From: Chara braunii
Lineage: Eukaryota; Plantae; Charophyceae
Assembly: GCA_003427395.1 (NCBI GenBank)
Contig: BFEA01000033.1
Location: forward strand, 4,689,050 to 4,753,049
DNA length: 64,000 nucleotides
Direction of reading: 5' to 3'
This document shows, one piece after another, positions 61,906 through 64,000 of this stretch (its first letter is position 1; every line of letters begins with the position of its first letter). A program made the translations under genes and the position numbers. Below the pieces are notes generated by a model, which had not been told where the DNA came from, did not search any database, and worked only from the letters and a program-made list of their open reading frames with translations.

Positions 61906-62729
61906 CCTACCCCTTAAGCAGCATTGGTCATGGGGAGGAGGTCGATGGTCCGCTGCGCGTTGGATTTGAGGTCGAAGTTTTGAGGAGGGCCGACAGATGA
62001 ACGCGATCTACAGCGGGGGAGTGCGCAAAGGAGCACGCGTACCGAAATGTTCACATCGCGCCATTAAACGAGCGACTGCGCCCACAGAGCCCGGTGGCGG
62101 TGGGTGTAGATGTGAGGGAATATCTTGAAGTTGCTGCCCTCGATAAGCGGGTGACTTTTTTTTCTTTTAGAATTTTTATTTTTGGCCCGTCGTTTTTCGT
62201 TTTTCATTTTTGCTTTTCTTTTTGTTTCGTGGTCGGCGTGTTGTTCCTCTTTTTTTTTTCTTTTTTTTCTCGCTTTGTGTTTTTTCTTTCTTTTTTGTTT
62301 TCCAATGGGTGTGTCGGTGGGTATGTCGTTTTGTCGTTTTTTTTTTTTTTTTTTTTTTTTTTTTTCGGGTGGGCGTGTCGTTTCCCGGTAGGCATGTCCT
62401 TTCCTGCTTTTTGGTTGCGGGCGTAGGTCATACGGCCCACACCGTGGACGCTAATCTAGCAATAATAACTAGCTAAGTGAATGCGTTGCGAGCGGTGCGG
62501 GCCATGCCTACAACAATAAAAAATGTTGTAGGCAACCTGACACGGACCACTCGCATAATCCGAGACAGATTTAAAAAAGAAAAAAATGAATCACAGAGTA
62601 ATAAAGAATAGCCAAAAACTGGCTACGAAGTTTGGATTTTATTGACGAATAGCTTCGCGTCCGTGGTGCACGTGGTGTGGGCTACGCCCACAACCAAAAT
62701 CACCGAAACGGTAAAGAAAGGACCATAGG

Positions 62730-64000
62730 GTAGAGGAGCGTGTCGTAGAGTGTCGTCGAGTATCGTAGAGTGTCGCAAAGTAGAGTAGAGTAAATTAGAG
62801 TAGAGTAGAGTGTTGTAGAGTAGTGTTGTAGAGAGTGTTGTCGAGTGGAGTAGAGTAGAGTAGAGTAGAGTATCGTAGAGTAGAGTAAAATATAGTAGAG
62901 CGTCGTAGAATAAAGTAGAGTGTCGTCGAATAAAGTAGTGTGTCGTAGAGTAGAGTAGAGCGGAGTGGAGTGTCGTAGAGTGTCGTTGAGTATCGTAGAG
63001 TAGAGTAGTGTAGAGTAAAGTAGAGTGTCGTCGGGTAGGGTAAAGTACAATGTCGTCGAGTAGAGTGTCGTAGAGTGTCGTAGAGTGTCGAAGAGTAGAG
63101 TAGAGTGTAGTATAGTATAGTAAAGTGTCGACAGTAGAGTGTCGTTGAGAATAATAGATTATTGTAAAGTACATTGTCGTAAAGTAAAGTGGAGTAGAGT
63201 AGAGTAGAGCAGACTAGAATAAAGTGAAGTAGAGTATCGTAGAGTAGTTGTCGTACGGTAGAGTAGAGTACAGTGTCGTAGAGTAGAGTGTCATAGAGTA
63301 TAGTAGAGTGTCGCAGAGTAGAGTAGAGTAGAGTAGAGCAGAATAGAGTAGAGTAGAGTAGAGTAGAGTACAATAGAGTATAGTAGAGTGTCGTGGAGTA
63401 AAGTTGACTGTCGTAGAGTAACGCAGAGTAGAGAAAAGTGTTGTCGAGTGTCGTAAAGTGCAGTGTCGTAGAGTAGAGTAAAGTGTCGTAGAGAAGAGTG
63501 TTGTAGAGTAGAGTAAAGTGTCGTAGTGTGTTGTAGAGTGTCGCGGTGTGTCGTAGTGTGTCGTAGAGTAGAGTAGAGTGTCGTAGAGAAGAGTAGAGTA
63601 GAGTAAAGTGTCTTAGAGTAGAGTGTCATAGAGTAAAGTAGAATGTGGTAGAGTACAGTATAGTAGAATGTCGTAGAGAAGAGTACTACAGGAGAGTAGA
63701 GTCTCGGAGAGTAAAGTGTGATAGAGTGTCGTAGAGTGTCGTACAGTGTCGTAGAGTGTCGTGGGGTACAGTAGAGTACAGTGTTGTAGAGTGTCGTATA
63801 GTACATTGTCATAGAGTAGAGTAAAGTGTCCTCGAGTGCCATAGAGTAGAGTAGAGTAAAGTATCGTAGAGAAGAGTGTTGTAGACTCTTAGTGTTGTAG
63901 AGTAGAGTGGAGTGTCGTAGAGTAGAGTAGAGTGTGGTAGAGTACAAAAGAGTAGAGTGTCGTAGAGTAAAATAGATTGTCGTAGAGTAGAGTACAATAG
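62730..64000. repeat. Degenerate (GTAGA)n/(GTGTC) satellite
   Basis: Interspersed agagt and gtgtc pentamers to the window end; the STLLY/YDTL ORFs are artefacts of it. Confidence 0.95.

Overview
Eukaryotic, repeat-rich draft-assembly DNA from a green plant. The plant-type U6 and C1-FDX sequences, multi-kb introns, (GA)n tracts and Nextera mate-pair adapters suggest a charophyte such as Chara (inference). Only one intact host gene is supportable, and the ORF track misses it: a 5-exon minus-strand gene (17164->284, 284 aa) encoding a mitochondrial ferredoxin-like protein of the complex I bridge type (C1-FDX), with extra Cys/His residues at the metal site. Its introns and upstream flank hold retro-copied RNAs: four U6 snRNA copies, a 28S-18S rRNA chimera, a tRNA-like SINE head, poly(A)-only inserts with TSDs and a possible 7SL remnant. 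They also hold a group II intron RT fragment and a minimal hammerhead ribozyme with a compensated U3-A8 core. From 25 to 46 kb lies an Athila/Tat-like gag-only LTR element with ~4.6 kb LTRs, split by a 7.6 kb inversion and carrying two copies of a CAAC-ended MITE. From 46 to 57 kb lies a decayed Sola-like DDD transposase preceded by ~25-30 copies of a 17-25 bp palindrome. The window ends in a (GTAGA)n-type satellite. Family assignments come from recalled motifs; no database searches were run.
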